Positions 63,335 through 64,000 of a DNA stretch of 64,000 nt are shown here, piece by piece. The position numbers and the translations under genes are program-made. The notes under the pieces are model-generated. The model was given only the letters and a program-made list of their open reading frames with translations. It was not told the origin of the DNA and ran no database searches. How positions within the stretch are numbered: the stretch's first letter is position 1; each line of letters opens with the position of its first letter. The stretch comes from Lingula anatina (Eukaryota; Animalia; Brachiopoda): the NCBI GenBank assembly GCA_051362555.1, contig CM120644.1, positions 1,248,954-1,312,953 of the forward strand, written 5' to 3'.

Positions 63335-64000
63335 TGTAGCGGACCACGAGTAAATGAAGCAACACCGTTGGATAATACTGCCGTTTATTTACGCAGTGTG
63401 AACAGAACTGAACAGAATCTGAACAGAAACTGGACAAAACTGGTGAAAACTATAAAAAGAAAAGAAAAAGAAAAAAATAATAATAACAAAACAGTGAAAT
63501 AATAAGATAAATAAACTAAATATACTAAACGTAATTCATGAGATCTTAACAACAAATAATTGATCTTTACATGCGTGTAAGTTTTCTCTAATTATTTATT
63601 ATTTAATTTTAAAAACACTCACACTAAAACAATATCCAGACTCGCTTTCTCCGCTGCTAAACTGGCTGCTCAGATACGGCCATGATAATCTGAGCTGGTA
63701 CTGTAATTTTATTTGATAACATAAATATACATGTGCGTGTTGGTCATGAAAATGCCACACCCACACTAACATAAACTTTAATAAACACGATGCTCATAAC
63801 TTATGTTACTGATTAAACTTAAACTTATGTAATCTTTTGTAAACTACACAAAATACCTCTATATAAGTGAATTACACTTTATTAAACACAAATTTTACAC
63901 AATCTACACGTAATATCGTAACATACCTCCACTCTGCCAGTAAGTATATAAATGACCGCGCAGAGTACATGCAACATCGGCTTTTATATAGTTGACCACA
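63335..64000 (-). mobile_element. Possible LTR in minus orientation, running off the window
   Basis: On the minus strand it ends ...CCGCTACA at 63335, with AATAAA ~50 nt before the end and TATATAAAAG at ~63981-63990. No second copy in the window. Confidence 0.35.

Overview
AT-rich, microsatellite-rich eukaryotic DNA. It looks like an invertebrate, possibly a mollusc, but this is inferred only from the repeat types. The main content, missed by the ORF track because the genes are spliced, is a tandem cluster of small three-exon genes for secreted Gly/Tyr/Asn-rich proteins with the signal peptide MMKL(I/V)L(L/F)xxL(V/L). The cluster appears to be four copies of a tail-to-tail gene pair: A+/B- (9-15 kb), C+/D- (20-21 kb, both truncated), a deleted + gene with a disrupted E- (23.7-38.2 kb), and F+/G- (41-47.5 kb). 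A 39-bp minisatellite lies between the partners in three of the four pairs. A, B, F and G reconstruct to intact 83-127 aa proteins. Mobile DNA is interspersed: an apparently intact L1/Tx1-type LINE (1-4.5 kb); a young full-length Gypsy LTR retrotransposon (50.8-59.9 kb) with a tRNA-Pro PBS and a GGGAAAC/pseudoknot -1 frameshift signal; a TTAA-flanked Kolobok-like element; an ~8-kb nested transposon stack in the intron of gene E; and several MITEs with 5-bp TSDs. A minimal type I hammerhead ribozyme lies at ~62.97 kb. All coordinates were read by eye and may be off by a few bases. Family assignments were not checked against databases.
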